This document shows positions 30,923-39,974 of a DNA stretch of 64,000 bases, in pieces. The stretch is from positions 1 through 64,000 of IMG/VR virus record IMGVR_UViG_3300028805_000097; one strand, written 5' to 3'. The notes below the pieces were generated by a model. It did no database searches, was not told where the DNA came from, and worked only from the letters and a program-made list of their open reading frames with translations. The stretch is from an uncultured virus (IMG/VR IMGVR_UViG_3300028805_000097) (lineage: Duplodnaviria; Heunggongvirae; Uroviricota; Caudoviricetes). Numbering within the stretch: the stretch's first letter is position 1; each line of letters begins with the position of its first letter. A program made the position numbers and the translations under genes.

Positions 30923-31595
30923 GGGTTGTTTATTCAAGAGTATTAAGATACTTCTGGTTCTTATACTAGTCGTGTGTATCTCTTTCGTGTTTGTTGTTGG
31001 TGGACCAGCAGCAATCGACAGGGTTGGAGAGAAACTTACCGAATATAAGGATACTGCTTATAACAGGGTTGCAGAAGCTTTCAGCTTACAAAGAATTAAA
31101 CAGGAAGCTAATGAAGGACTTACCAACATAGGTATCGTCAATGACACATTGCCAGAGCAAGAGATTCCAACTCCAGAGGTTGAGAATACAATCAAGATAA
31201 AACTTGAAATCAGCAATAATATGATGTATATCAGACCAAAGATTAATGGAGTTGAAATGCGTTTTTTACTTGATACTGGATGTGCTGATATACACCTAAC
31301 ACCAGTAGAGGTTTTATTCCTAGAACACCAGGGGTTACTTGATTCTAAGAAACCTGTAGGGACAGCAACATGTATCTATGCTGATGGAAAAGAACATGAG
31401 TGCGTAGAATATCTGCTTAAATCAGTGGAACTGACTGGTATTAGGATAGATTCTGTCAAATGTACATCAGACCCAGAAGGTGGTAGTGCTGATGATTCTC
31501 CATTATTTGGACAAAAAATGCTCAGTCGGTTTGGAGATATAATGATAAACTATAGTGATTCAACATTAATAATCAAGAAGAAAAATGGCAAATAA
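30912..31595 (+). CDS. Membrane-anchored retropepsin-like aspartyl protease
   Basis: N-terminal TM helix; FLLDTGC catalytic motif; PLFGQKML. Confidence 0.8.
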   Translation: MKNKGCLFKSIKILLVLILVVCISFVFVVGGPAAIDRVGEKLTEYKDTAYNRVAEAFSLQRIKQEANEGLTNIGIVNDTLPEQEIPTPEVENTIKIKLEISNNMMYIRPKINGVEMRFLLDTGCADIHLTPVEVLFLEHQGLLDSKKPVGTATCIYADGKEHECVEYLLKSVELTGIRIDSVKCTSDPEGGSADDSPLFGQKMLSRFGDIMINYSDSTLIIKKKNGK

Positions 31596-32388
31596 GAGAG
31601 ATAGTCTGGGAGACAGGATGAAAAATAACTACGAGAACAGAGCTAAGACTTATCTCGTAAGACGTATGCCAGTCATCATTAGACTGGATGGTAAGGCATT
31701 CCACACCTTTACACGTGGTTTCGATAAACCATTTGATAAGGTGATGATGAAAGCAATGCAGCAGACAACTCTGAGGTTGTGCGAGAATATCCAGGGTTGT
31801 GTGTTTGGTTATACTCAGTCGGATGAGATTACACTTATTCTGATTGACTATGAGACGCTTGACACAAATGCTTGGTTTGATTACAGTACTCAGAAGATAT
31901 GTTCTGTGGCTGCTTCTATGTGTACACTGTATTTCAACCAGGAATTCGAGAAGGCGTATTCTGAATGGTTCTTAGGGACATTCGCCAATGTTGAAGTTGA
32001 TGAAAATGCACATAAGCTAAACTCTGTTTATGAAAAAGCTATTAACAAAGGAGCAATGTTCGATGCACGTGTGTTCAACACTCCTGTTGAGGAAGTAACT
32101 AACTGTGTTCTCTGGAGACAACAGGATGCTACACGTAACTCTATTTCTTCACTGGCACAGTCCAAGTTCTCATATAGGCAACTACATGGAAAGAACTCAA
32201 GCCAGATGCAGGATATGCTAATGGATAATTTCGGCATCAACTGGAATAACCTTACCGTTCCAGAGAAACGTGGCACAGCAGTTGTCAAGAAAGGTGAAAA
32301 GTGGGTTATTGACTACGAAATGCCAATCCTTAAGGGTGAGGATAGAAATTACATTGATAAGTTAATTAAATTTGAAGATGAAGACTAA
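31585..32388 (+). CDS. thg1: tRNA(His) guanylyltransferase Thg1-like protein
   Basis: LGDRMK.YE, IRLDGKAFHTFT, YTQSDEI, FDARVF, WRQQDATRNS. Confidence 0.93.
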   Translation: MANKRDSLGDRMKNNYENRAKTYLVRRMPVIIRLDGKAFHTFTRGFDKPFDKVMMKAMQQTTLRLCENIQGCVFGYTQSDEITLILIDYETLDTNAWFDYSTQKICSVAASMCTLYFNQEFEKAYSEWFLGTFANVEVDENAHKLNSVYEKAINKGAMFDARVFNTPVEEVTNCVLWRQQDATRNSISSLAQSKFSYRQLHGKNSSQMQDMLMDNFGINWNNLTVPEKRGTAVVKKGEKWVIDYEMPILKGEDRNYIDKLIKFEDED

Positions 32389-33622
32389 TTTCGATAAAAT
32401 CAGAGAAGACGGTAGACTCCTCTACGAGTATGTGAGGGGTTCTCACCTCTATGGTCTGAATAACCAGGATTCAGACGTTGATAGCAGTGGACTCTTCATT
32501 GCACCTCACAATACCCTACTTGGTATCGGTCTTGGATACCAGGAGCTTGTTGCGGATGCAAAGAATGATAATACATGGTATGAGCTTCGCAAGTATATGC
32601 ATATGCTTATGAAGTCTAACCCTAGCATTATCGAATCACTGTTTGTTCCAGAAGACAAGATTCTCACTAAGCCTTCTCCAATCCTTGCTGAACTCTTTGA
32701 GAACAAGGATAAGTTCATCACCAAACAGTGTTTCAACCCGTTCGTGGGTTATGCTGTCATGCAGATTAAGAAGGCTCGTGGATTGAACAAGAAGATTGTG
32801 AATCCAGTAACAGAGCGTCTTACTCCTTATGACTTTGCATATACCTTCTACAACCAGGGTAGCACCAAGATAAAGGATTGGCTGTGGAATCGTGGACTTG
32901 AGAAGGACTTCTGCGGACTTGTACATATTCCTAACATGCACGATACCTATGGTGTATACTATGACTTCGGTGCTCATTTCAAGGCTAAAGGTATTACTGC
33001 TGAAATGCTGTTTAACGGTTATTCAAGTGATACTGTTAGTGGTGATGAGCTTGGACGTTTGTCTCACTTTATCGTCTTCAAGTATGAATTAACCAACTGG
33101 AATACTTTCAACAAGTGGTTCGAAGAGAATAAGGTTGTAAAGCATTATCGTGGTATGTGCCTTGACCAAGCTACTGATATGCGTGGTTCTTCTGTATCAA
33201 AAGGAGAAAAACCTCTTGTTCATATGGTATACAACGAGAGTGGTTTCCAAGACCACTGCAAGAAGTATAAGGAGTACAAGGAGTGGGAACAGAACCGCAA
33301 CCCGAAGCGTTATGAATCAAATCTCGATAAGAACTATGACTCAAAGAACATGATGCACTGTATCAGACTTATGAGAATGGGTAGAGAGATTGCAGAGGGT
33401 AAGGGACTTATTCTTGACAGACGTGAAGCTGGTGACAGGGAGTTCTTGATGGATGTCAGAAATCATAAGTTCGAATATGATGAACTAATGGCAATCGTTG
33501 ATGAGGATAAGGAAGAGCTTGACAAGGCTATTGCTGAGTCAACAATTCCAGCCAAAATCGACGAGAGGTTCGTAGATGATTTACTAATCAGTATTAGAAA
33601 GAAAGCTTATCATTTATATTAA
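32378..33622 (+). CDS. Pol-beta superfamily nucleotidyltransferase (Nuc-transf/RlaP-like)
   Basis: RGSHLYGL...SDVD, KSNPSIIESL, YDSKNMMHCIRL. Confidence 0.82.
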   Translation: MKTNFDKIREDGRLLYEYVRGSHLYGLNNQDSDVDSSGLFIAPHNTLLGIGLGYQELVADAKNDNTWYELRKYMHMLMKSNPSIIESLFVPEDKILTKPSPILAELFENKDKFITKQCFNPFVGYAVMQIKKARGLNKKIVNPVTERLTPYDFAYTFYNQGSTKIKDWLWNRGLEKDFCGLVHIPNMHDTYGVYYDFGAHFKAKGITAEMLFNGYSSDTVSGDELGRLSHFIVFKYELTNWNTFNKWFEENKVVKHYRGMCLDQATDMRGSSVSKGEKPLVHMVYNESGFQDHCKKYKEYKEWEQNRNPKRYESNLDKNYDSKNMMHCIRLMRMGREIAEGKGLILDRREAGDREFLMDVRNHKFEYDELMAIVDEDKEELDKAIAESTIPAKIDERFVDDLLISIRKKAYHLY

Positions 33623-33718
33623 AAAGTGTTAAAGGATTTGGTTTTTACAAAAAAAACATATATCTTTGCACCGAAATTCGAAATTAAACGGAATTATAAC
33701 TTATAAACAGTTTAGAAA

Positions 33719-34513
33719 ATGAATAGACAAATTTTACAAGCATCGGCCAGCGAGTGGGTTCGCCAGGCGAAGAATGACATCCGCAGTAAGATGTCTCAGT
33801 TCATGCAGGAGGTTAACACTTCTCGTAGCGAGTTGGCATACGCACTTGCCATTTCTGAGGGCGAGTTGGCGCAGATTCTCGACGGTAATGGTGAGATTAC
33901 CCTTACCACTTTCGCAAAGTTGCTCATTGCAACTGGTAATGTTCTGGAGATTAAGCCAATCGAAGAGTCACCCCTTGCAATGGAGAACGGTGCTCCAGTA
34001 CCTCCAGTAGGCGGTCAGCCACAGGGTCGTACACCACAGGGTCGCCCATTCCCTCCTCGTCCATGCGGTGCTCCTCGCCCAGGTGGAATGCCTCATCCAG
34101 GTGGATTGTACGATGATTTCCATCGCCAGGGAGCAGAGCCTGTACCACCAGTTGGTATCCAGCCTCGTGGTGCAGATGGTCGTTTCAGACCTTGGCCACG
34201 CAATCCGCAGCCAGCTCCACAGGGTCAGAGCCAGCAGCTTCCATTCGCAAGCATGGAGCGTGAGCAGCTGGTAGACATCATCCAGACCAAGCTTTGGGAC
34301 ACCGAGATTGACGTAGAGGGTGCAAGCCGTGAGCAGCTCGTTCGTTTCCTTGAGGACAAGGACAGACGTATGAACGAGGTTCGTGCAGCTCGTGAGGGCA
34401 GAGGCGTAGCCATCGACCCCTCAGTAGTACAGCTGAAGGACAAAATCAAGCAGACGCTTGAGAAGAATCCTCACCTGCGCAACTACTTGAAAGACATCTT
34501 CCAGGAGGGTTAA
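33719..34513 (+). CDS. XRE-type HTH protein with Pro/Gln/Arg-rich linker
   Basis: SRSELAYALAISEGELAQILDG HTH; own promoter at 33661-33670. Confidence 0.7.
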   Translation: MNRQILQASASEWVRQAKNDIRSKMSQFMQEVNTSRSELAYALAISEGELAQILDGNGEITLTTFAKLLIATGNVLEIKPIEESPLAMENGAPVPPVGGQPQGRTPQGRPFPPRPCGAPRPGGMPHPGGLYDDFHRQGAEPVPPVGIQPRGADGRFRPWPRNPQPAPQGQSQQLPFASMEREQLVDIIQTKLWDTEIDVEGASREQLVRFLEDKDRRMNEVRAAREGRGVAIDPSVVQLKDKIKQTLEKNPHLRNYLKDIFQEG

Positions 34514-34613
34514 AGGAGAAGTAGACAGAAAAATGAACGGGTTAGATAAGTTTCTAGCCCGTTTATTTTGTTTTTTAATATTTTTTATATATCTTTGCAT
34601 AAAAACAAAGATA

Positions 34614-36407
34614 ATGGGAAGAAAGAAAAAAGTAACAGATGATTTTACACCTAGCAAATATCAATCAGCCATATTTGACCAGATTCTTCATGGAAACGGT
34701 CACATTGTAGTAGAAGCCGCTGCTGGTGCTGGAAAAACAACAACACTAGTGAAGTGTTTAGAACTAATACCAGAAGACAAACAGGTTCTCATGACAGCAT
34801 TCAATAGGGATATTGTAACTGAATTACAGAAGAAAACGAAAAAATTCAGCAATGTGCTAGTGAAGACGCTTCATGGTGTTGGTCTTGCAATGCTTAATAA
34901 GAATTTCCCAGGACAGATTGGAGGAAATCCAGATGAATATAAGTATATCTCTCACATAAGAAACAATATAAAGGACTATACTACAATCAATCTGAGAAGA
35001 ATATCATCTAAGGATTACTTTAGATACATAAACAACGTAGCTAAGTATGTTGACTTTGGTAGATATTACCTGTGTCAGACTGAGAAGGACTTAGATTTCA
35101 TTGAGGCGAGATATGGTATCGAAACGTTTGCGGATGAGAAGGCAGTTGCAATCAAGATTATGGAATGGGGAAAGCATGTACTTGACCATATAGATTATGT
35201 CGATATGATATGGTTGCCTAATGTGCTTTACTTAAAGCCATTTGGACTTCTGTTTGACTACATTATGGTAGATGAGTGCCAGGATATGAATAGAGCTGAG
35301 AGAGAGCTTGTATTGAAGTGCTTTAAGATGGGTACTAGACTTATATCCGTAGGTGATACAAACCAGATGTTATATTCGTTTGCAGGTGGCGACCCAGAAT
35401 CATTCAATACTCTTAAGTCAATTCCTAATACCGTATGTTTACCGCTTAGTATTTCATACAGGTGTGGAAAGAGCATAGTAGAACACGCCAGAACCATTGT
35501 CCCATCAATCGAATGGAATGAAGCTGGTGGCAGAGAAGGTAAAATACTATATGACGTTCCTCTGGATATGGTAGAGGATGGAGATATGATACTGTGTAGA
35601 AATAATGCACCTCTTGTACAAGTCTATAACGAATTTCTAAAGCTTGGTAAAAAAGCATTTATTAGGGGTAAGGAAATTGGTAAAAATCTTAAGACGCTCG
35701 TGATGAGTATGAAACAGGATGAGATAAATGTTGATTGTAGAAAGGATGGCTTATTTGTAAGGCTCTACGACGATTTATTTATCACTAGGAATAACATTAT
35801 GGTAAGGTCTGGAATAGACGCTCAGACAGCCTTAAAAAACCCTCTAATCGAGAATAAACTGGATATCATCAAGGCACTGGAGATTCTCTCTGAAGGCATT
35901 AATAAGACAGAGGAACTTATTAAGAAAATAGATGAGATATTTCCAAAGGGTGACAAGGGAGAGGGTATAGCACTTTCAACGGTACATAAAGCTAAGGGAC
36001 TTGAAGCTAACAGGGTGTTTATCGTGTGTCCATCACTAATGCCTAGTAAGGCTGCTCAGAAGGACTGGGAAATTCAACAAGAAACCAACCTCATGTATGT
36101 TGCCTACACTAGGGCAAAAGACGTGCTTGGTTTCATTGATGAGAAGGATTTCGATAGTTTTGATACAAATAGTGCAAATAGCACATCAGCACTTGCAAGA
36201 ATAGAATACCAGGTAAACAGGATTCTTGGTAAAACAACGAAGACAATCATCAACGAGAGTTCAGCAAGAGCTATCATAGCCAACGCAAAGCCAGTTGAGA
36301 AGAAGATTTCATCAAGTTCAACCATAAACATTAACTCAACCAGGACAATTAATTCGTTCAATGATATATTTAAAAATAAGAAAAAAATTAAGATAGGAAG
36401 AAGATGA
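34614..36407 (+). CDS. SF1 UvrD/Rep-like helicase
   Basis: AAAGAGKTTT, VDECQD, VGDTNQ, SYRC, STVHKAKGLE, YVAYTRAK; promoter at 34590-34599. Confidence 0.92.
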   Translation: MGRKKKVTDDFTPSKYQSAIFDQILHGNGHIVVEAAAGAGKTTTLVKCLELIPEDKQVLMTAFNRDIVTELQKKTKKFSNVLVKTLHGVGLAMLNKNFPGQIGGNPDEYKYISHIRNNIKDYTTINLRRISSKDYFRYINNVAKYVDFGRYYLCQTEKDLDFIEARYGIETFADEKAVAIKIMEWGKHVLDHIDYVDMIWLPNVLYLKPFGLLFDYIMVDECQDMNRAERELVLKCFKMGTRLISVGDTNQMLYSFAGGDPESFNTLKSIPNTVCLPLSISYRCGKSIVEHARTIVPSIEWNEAGGREGKILYDVPLDMVEDGDMILCRNNAPLVQVYNEFLKLGKKAFIRGKEIGKNLKTLVMSMKQDEINVDCRKDGLFVRLYDDLFITRNNIMVRSGIDAQTALKNPLIENKLDIIKALEILSEGINKTEELIKKIDEIFPKGDKGEGIALSTVHKAKGLEANRVFIVCPSLMPSKAAQKDWEIQQETNLMYVAYTRAKDVLGFIDEKDFDSFDTNSANSTSALARIEYQVNRILGKTTKTIINESSARAIIANAKPVEKKISSSSTININSTRTINSFNDIFKNKKKIKIGRR

Positions 36408-36715
36408 ATACAAACAGAACAAAGAAAGTATTAAAATTTAGTGCTACATGGTGTGCTCCATGCCGCACATATGCCTCAACATTCAAGAAGGTGAGTGAAA
36501 TGGAAGACTTCAAGGATATTACATTTGAGGCAATCGATATTGAAAAGGATGTAGATATGCAACCATTAGTTGAGAAACTTGGCATTAAGTCGATTCCAAC
36601 GACAATACTGTTCGATGAAAACGATAAACCAATATACAAGGTTCTTGGTAACGTACCTCTTAAAGATTTGGTAGACCTTATAAACAGTACTTTAAAGGGT
36701 GAAGAGGAGGAATAA
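36404..36715 (+). CDS. Thioredoxin
   Basis: FSATWCAPC, IKSIPT. Confidence 0.9.
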   Translation: MNTNRTKKVLKFSATWCAPCRTYASTFKKVSEMEDFKDITFEAIDIEKDVDMQPLVEKLGIKSIPTTILFDENDKPIYKVLGNVPLKDLVDLINSTLKGEEEE

Positions 36716-36717
36716 TC

Positions 36718-37578
36718 ATGATTATCGGTTTTGCGGGTCGTATGCGTTCTGGAAAGACAGAACTTGCGAAGGTTTGTGAAGCTATGGGCTATAGAAAGCT
36801 ATACTTCGCACTGCCGCTTAAGCAGTTGTGTGCAGACTTATTGGATATATCAGTTGATGCCCTTAACGATGCTAAAAACAAGGGTGTTGATATAGGTATA
36901 ACAATGGATAACGATATGTGCGAAATACTGTCTGAAGAAACAGAGATTCCGTTGGATATTGTTAAAGAGAAATGTAACGGAAAGGTCTTGAACACTGTAA
37001 GGGAAATGTTACAGTTCATAGGGACAGACTTAATTAGGGAATATAATACAAACTGGCACGTAGAGAGAATACGCTCCATGATTGACACAAACTATGATTA
37101 CGTCATAGACGATGTAAGGTTTAAAAACGAAAAGGCACTCATAGATGAACTTGGTGGGGAGTGCTGGTTTGTTGTAAGACCTACATTGGAGAATGTGTCA
37201 AACCATGAGTCGGAGACCTCATTGAAGTGGCATGATTGCTGGAACAGAATTATAATAAACAATGACACACTCCATTATTTACAATTTAAGTGGGAAACTT
37301 TCATGGGTAACTACCAAAGCTCTTGCGCCCTTAGGGATAAAGAGTTTAACAGAATACTGGAAAATGGTTCTGAGAATGAGATAACCAAGATGTCAACCCT
37401 TGACATGCTCATGTTATCGAAGGATATTTTCACATATTCGCCAATAGAATTTAACGAAGAAAATATAAAGTCTATAGAATCTGCATGGGGGTATGGAGTA
37501 AAGATAACCTATAAGGATGATACATATGAATTCGTGTATAATTCTTTAAACATAGAGGATATAAAAATGCTAGTTTAA
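36718..37578 (+). CDS. Deoxynucleoside monophosphate kinase (T4 gp1-like)
   Basis: GRMRSGKT, FALPLK, REMLQFIGTD, DDVRFKNE, HESE. Confidence 0.85.
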   Translation: MIIGFAGRMRSGKTELAKVCEAMGYRKLYFALPLKQLCADLLDISVDALNDAKNKGVDIGITMDNDMCEILSEETEIPLDIVKEKCNGKVLNTVREMLQFIGTDLIREYNTNWHVERIRSMIDTNYDYVIDDVRFKNEKALIDELGGECWFVVRPTLENVSNHESETSLKWHDCWNRIIINNDTLHYLQFKWETFMGNYQSSCALRDKEFNRILENGSENEITKMSTLDMLMLSKDIFTYSPIEFNEENIKSIESAWGYGVKITYKDDTYEFVYNSLNIEDIKMLV

Positions 37579-37633
37579 CATGATTTAACTAGACATATTT
37601 GTTTTTTCGAAAAAAAATATATAACTTTGCAAA

Positions 37634-38254
37634 ATGAAAGAGAATATTAGTACAAAATATCCAGACGGTTCGAAAATATTTTTTACATCAGACACACATT
37701 TTGGACACGCAAACATCATAGAATTCTGCAACAGACCCTTTAAGGATGTTGAGGAAATGAACTATAAACTTATACAGAACTGGAATGAGAAAGTCCCACC
37801 AGATGGGTTGGTATTTCATCTTGGAGATTTTGCATGGGGTGGATACCCATTCTGGAAGAAGATTAGAGAACAGCTCAATGGTAGAATTATTTTAATCAAG
37901 GGAAACCACGATGAGAAAAATATGACACCAACTGCCGAGCAGGAACTGTTCGACTATGTAACCTTCCAGATGAAGGTGGAAATTGAAGGTAGGAAGGTAT
38001 ACCTTAACCACGTACCATTCCTGTGCTATGGAGGTACGTATCGTGACCCAAAAGGATTAGTATATCAGCTATTTGGTCATGTGCATTCTGGTCCTAATCA
38101 AAAAGGGTTGGATATAAATAGGTTAAACATGTTATTCCCAACACAATACGACGTTGGTGTAGATAACAACGACTATTCACCAGTGTCATGGGGAGAGGTT
38201 GTAGAAAAAATAGGTAAACAGTTGTTGAAATCAAAATTTAAGAAGGAAAAATAA
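37634..38254 (+). CDS. Calcineurin-like metallophosphoesterase
   Basis: SDTHFGH, HLGD, GNHD, GHVH, DVGVD. Confidence 0.9.
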   Translation: MKENISTKYPDGSKIFFTSDTHFGHANIIEFCNRPFKDVEEMNYKLIQNWNEKVPPDGLVFHLGDFAWGGYPFWKKIREQLNGRIILIKGNHDEKNMTPTAEQELFDYVTFQMKVEIEGRKVYLNHVPFLCYGGTYRDPKGLVYQLFGHVHSGPNQKGLDINRLNMLFPTQYDVGVDNNDYSPVSWGEVVEKIGKQLLKSKFKKEK

Positions 38255-38267
38255 AAAGTAGTGGTGT

Positions 38268-38639
38268 ATGACACGAAATGTAAAGTTATCAAGAATTGCT
38301 AAACTAACGTTACAGTTTCTGAAACATAATGGCTTATATGAGGCATACTATAATGAGTTCAGAACCAACAGATATATAAAACCATATTTTTATCAGAAAA
38401 ATGGGTATCTAAAATTTCTGCGTGACAGAATAGAGAATGATGGATGGTATCTATCTGTGCAAGACGATAGAGAACTTGATAGTTATTTCATAAGGTACGT
38501 TCTCTTCAAAATAAATGAGGTTCACATATTACTTAGAGAACCGCCAAGCTATGATGACATATGTTTCTTCTACGATATGGTAGAGTTACATTTCAAGGAG
38601 CACGCCTTACTTGGAGCAAACATATTAGTAAATGAGTAA
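38268..38639 (+). CDS. Hypothetical protein
   Basis: Operon ORF. Confidence 0.55.
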   Translation: MTRNVKLSRIAKLTLQFLKHNGLYEAYYNEFRTNRYIKPYFYQKNGYLKFLRDRIENDGWYLSVQDDRELDSYFIRYVLFKINEVHILLREPPSYDDICFFYDMVELHFKEHALLGANILVNE

Positions 38640-39336
38640 AATATTAATAATCCCAGATGTACATGGTCGTACATTCTGGAAAGATGCCATAGAAAAACAC
38701 GCTGATGAGTGCTCTAAAATAATATTCCTTGGTGATTACCTTGACCCATACCCTTGGGAATTTATAACCAGGAAAGATGCAATAAGAAATTTCGAGGATA
38801 TTATAAAATACAAGCAGGATAACAAAGATAAAGTGATACTCCTACTTGGAAACCACGACCTCCATTACTACGATGACCACTTCAGAACAAGGTCAAGATA
38901 TGATTCAAGTAATGCATATCACATTAAGGAGGATTTTCGTTCACACAAGAGCCTGTTTGATATGGCATACGAGGAAATGATAAATGGGCAGAGATACTTG
39001 TTCACACATGCTGGTGTGTTGAACTCGTGGTATAAGGCACATAAGGACTTAATTGGAGAACTCACAGTTGAAAACCTAAATCACCTCAAGGACATTAAAA
39101 GGGGAATCGAGGTATTAACACAGGTTTCTAGTGAGAGAGGTGGTATGGGAAGAATTGGAAGCATGGTGTGGTCAGACATCAATGAAAAGGGGAATACTGA
39201 AGATATTGATGGTATTTACCAGGTTTTCGGTCATTCCCAGCAAGAAGAACACCCAGTCATAACAAAGACGTGGGCTTGCCTTGATTGCAGAAAAGCATTT
39301 ATATTAACAGAAGATGGAGGATTTCAAGATGTGTAA
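38632..39336 (+). CDS. Calcineurin-like metallophosphoesterase
   Basis: PDVHG, GDYLD, GNHD, THAG, GHS. Confidence 0.9.
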   Translation: MSKILIIPDVHGRTFWKDAIEKHADECSKIIFLGDYLDPYPWEFITRKDAIRNFEDIIKYKQDNKDKVILLLGNHDLHYYDDHFRTRSRYDSSNAYHIKEDFRSHKSLFDMAYEEMINGQRYLFTHAGVLNSWYKAHKDLIGELTVENLNHLKDIKRGIEVLTQVSSERGGMGRIGSMVWSDINEKGNTEDIDGIYQVFGHSQQEEHPVITKTWACLDCRKAFILTEDGGFQDV

Positions 39337-39521
39337 AAAAAGTAAACCAACTAAGAGCACTGAACAGTATAAGATACTGAGAATGATAAGCCGTAACGAA
39401 CAGCTTGAACGTTATGGTGGCGGTCAATTTGTTTCTATGAACCGTGCTTATAAAGACAAAAGTAAATACAATCGTAATGATAAGAAAAAAGAGTTAAGGA
39501 GTGACCTTAACTCTTTTCTTT
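39329..39521 (+). CDS. Small basic protein read into a terminator with no stop codon; ArfA/BrfA-like candidate
   Basis: ..SRNEQLERYGGGQFVSMNRAYKDKSKYNRNDKKK..; ATG overlaps the upstream stop; first in-frame stop is at 39620-39622, inside the convergent gene. Confidence 0.55.
39487..39521. terminator. Bidirectional intrinsic terminator
   Basis: AAAAGAGTTAAGG-agtga-CCTTAACTCTTTT perfect stem with flanking tracts. Confidence 0.85.
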
Positions 39522-39974
39522 TTATCCTCTTCTGTCAAAAACATCTTCTTCATCAACTATTGAAAGATTGGTTATCCTCTCACCAGTCTTGTTTTCAAAC
39601 CAAAGCCATACCTGTTCCTTAGCCTCTTCCTCAATGTCGTTAGTAGGCATATTAGGTGCTGATACTGCAACTTCTATTATGATGTTTACAAACCCATGCT
39701 CATCACGTGTGAGCTGTACGTTTCTAACCAATACCGATACATAGCTCTGCTCTGACTCAATATTCTCGTCTTTTACTGACTGGAGAGTTTGTATAATCTC
39801 TGGAGCAAGTTCATCAAGATAACCACCGACTTCCATTTTCATGATAGAGCCATATGAGTAGTCTGATATGTCATCTTCCTCACTTGGATACCACCTTTCT
39901 CTCAATATCTTCTGTACAGATTCCTTCACAAGCTGGTGAAGGTCACTCTCTGTTAACCTTATAATCTGTTTCAT
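39522..39974 (-). CDS. Putative internal head protein with LTESDL leader
   Basis: MKQIIRLTESDLHQLVKESVQKILRE. Confidence 0.7.
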   Translation of the reverse strand: MKQIIRLTESDLHQLVKESVQKILRERWYPSEEDDISDYSYGSIMKMEVGGYLDELAPEIIQTLQSVKDENIESEQSYVSVLVRNVQLTRDEHGFVNIIIEVAVSAPNMPTNDIEEEAKEQVWLWFENKTGERITNLSIVDEEDVFDRRG

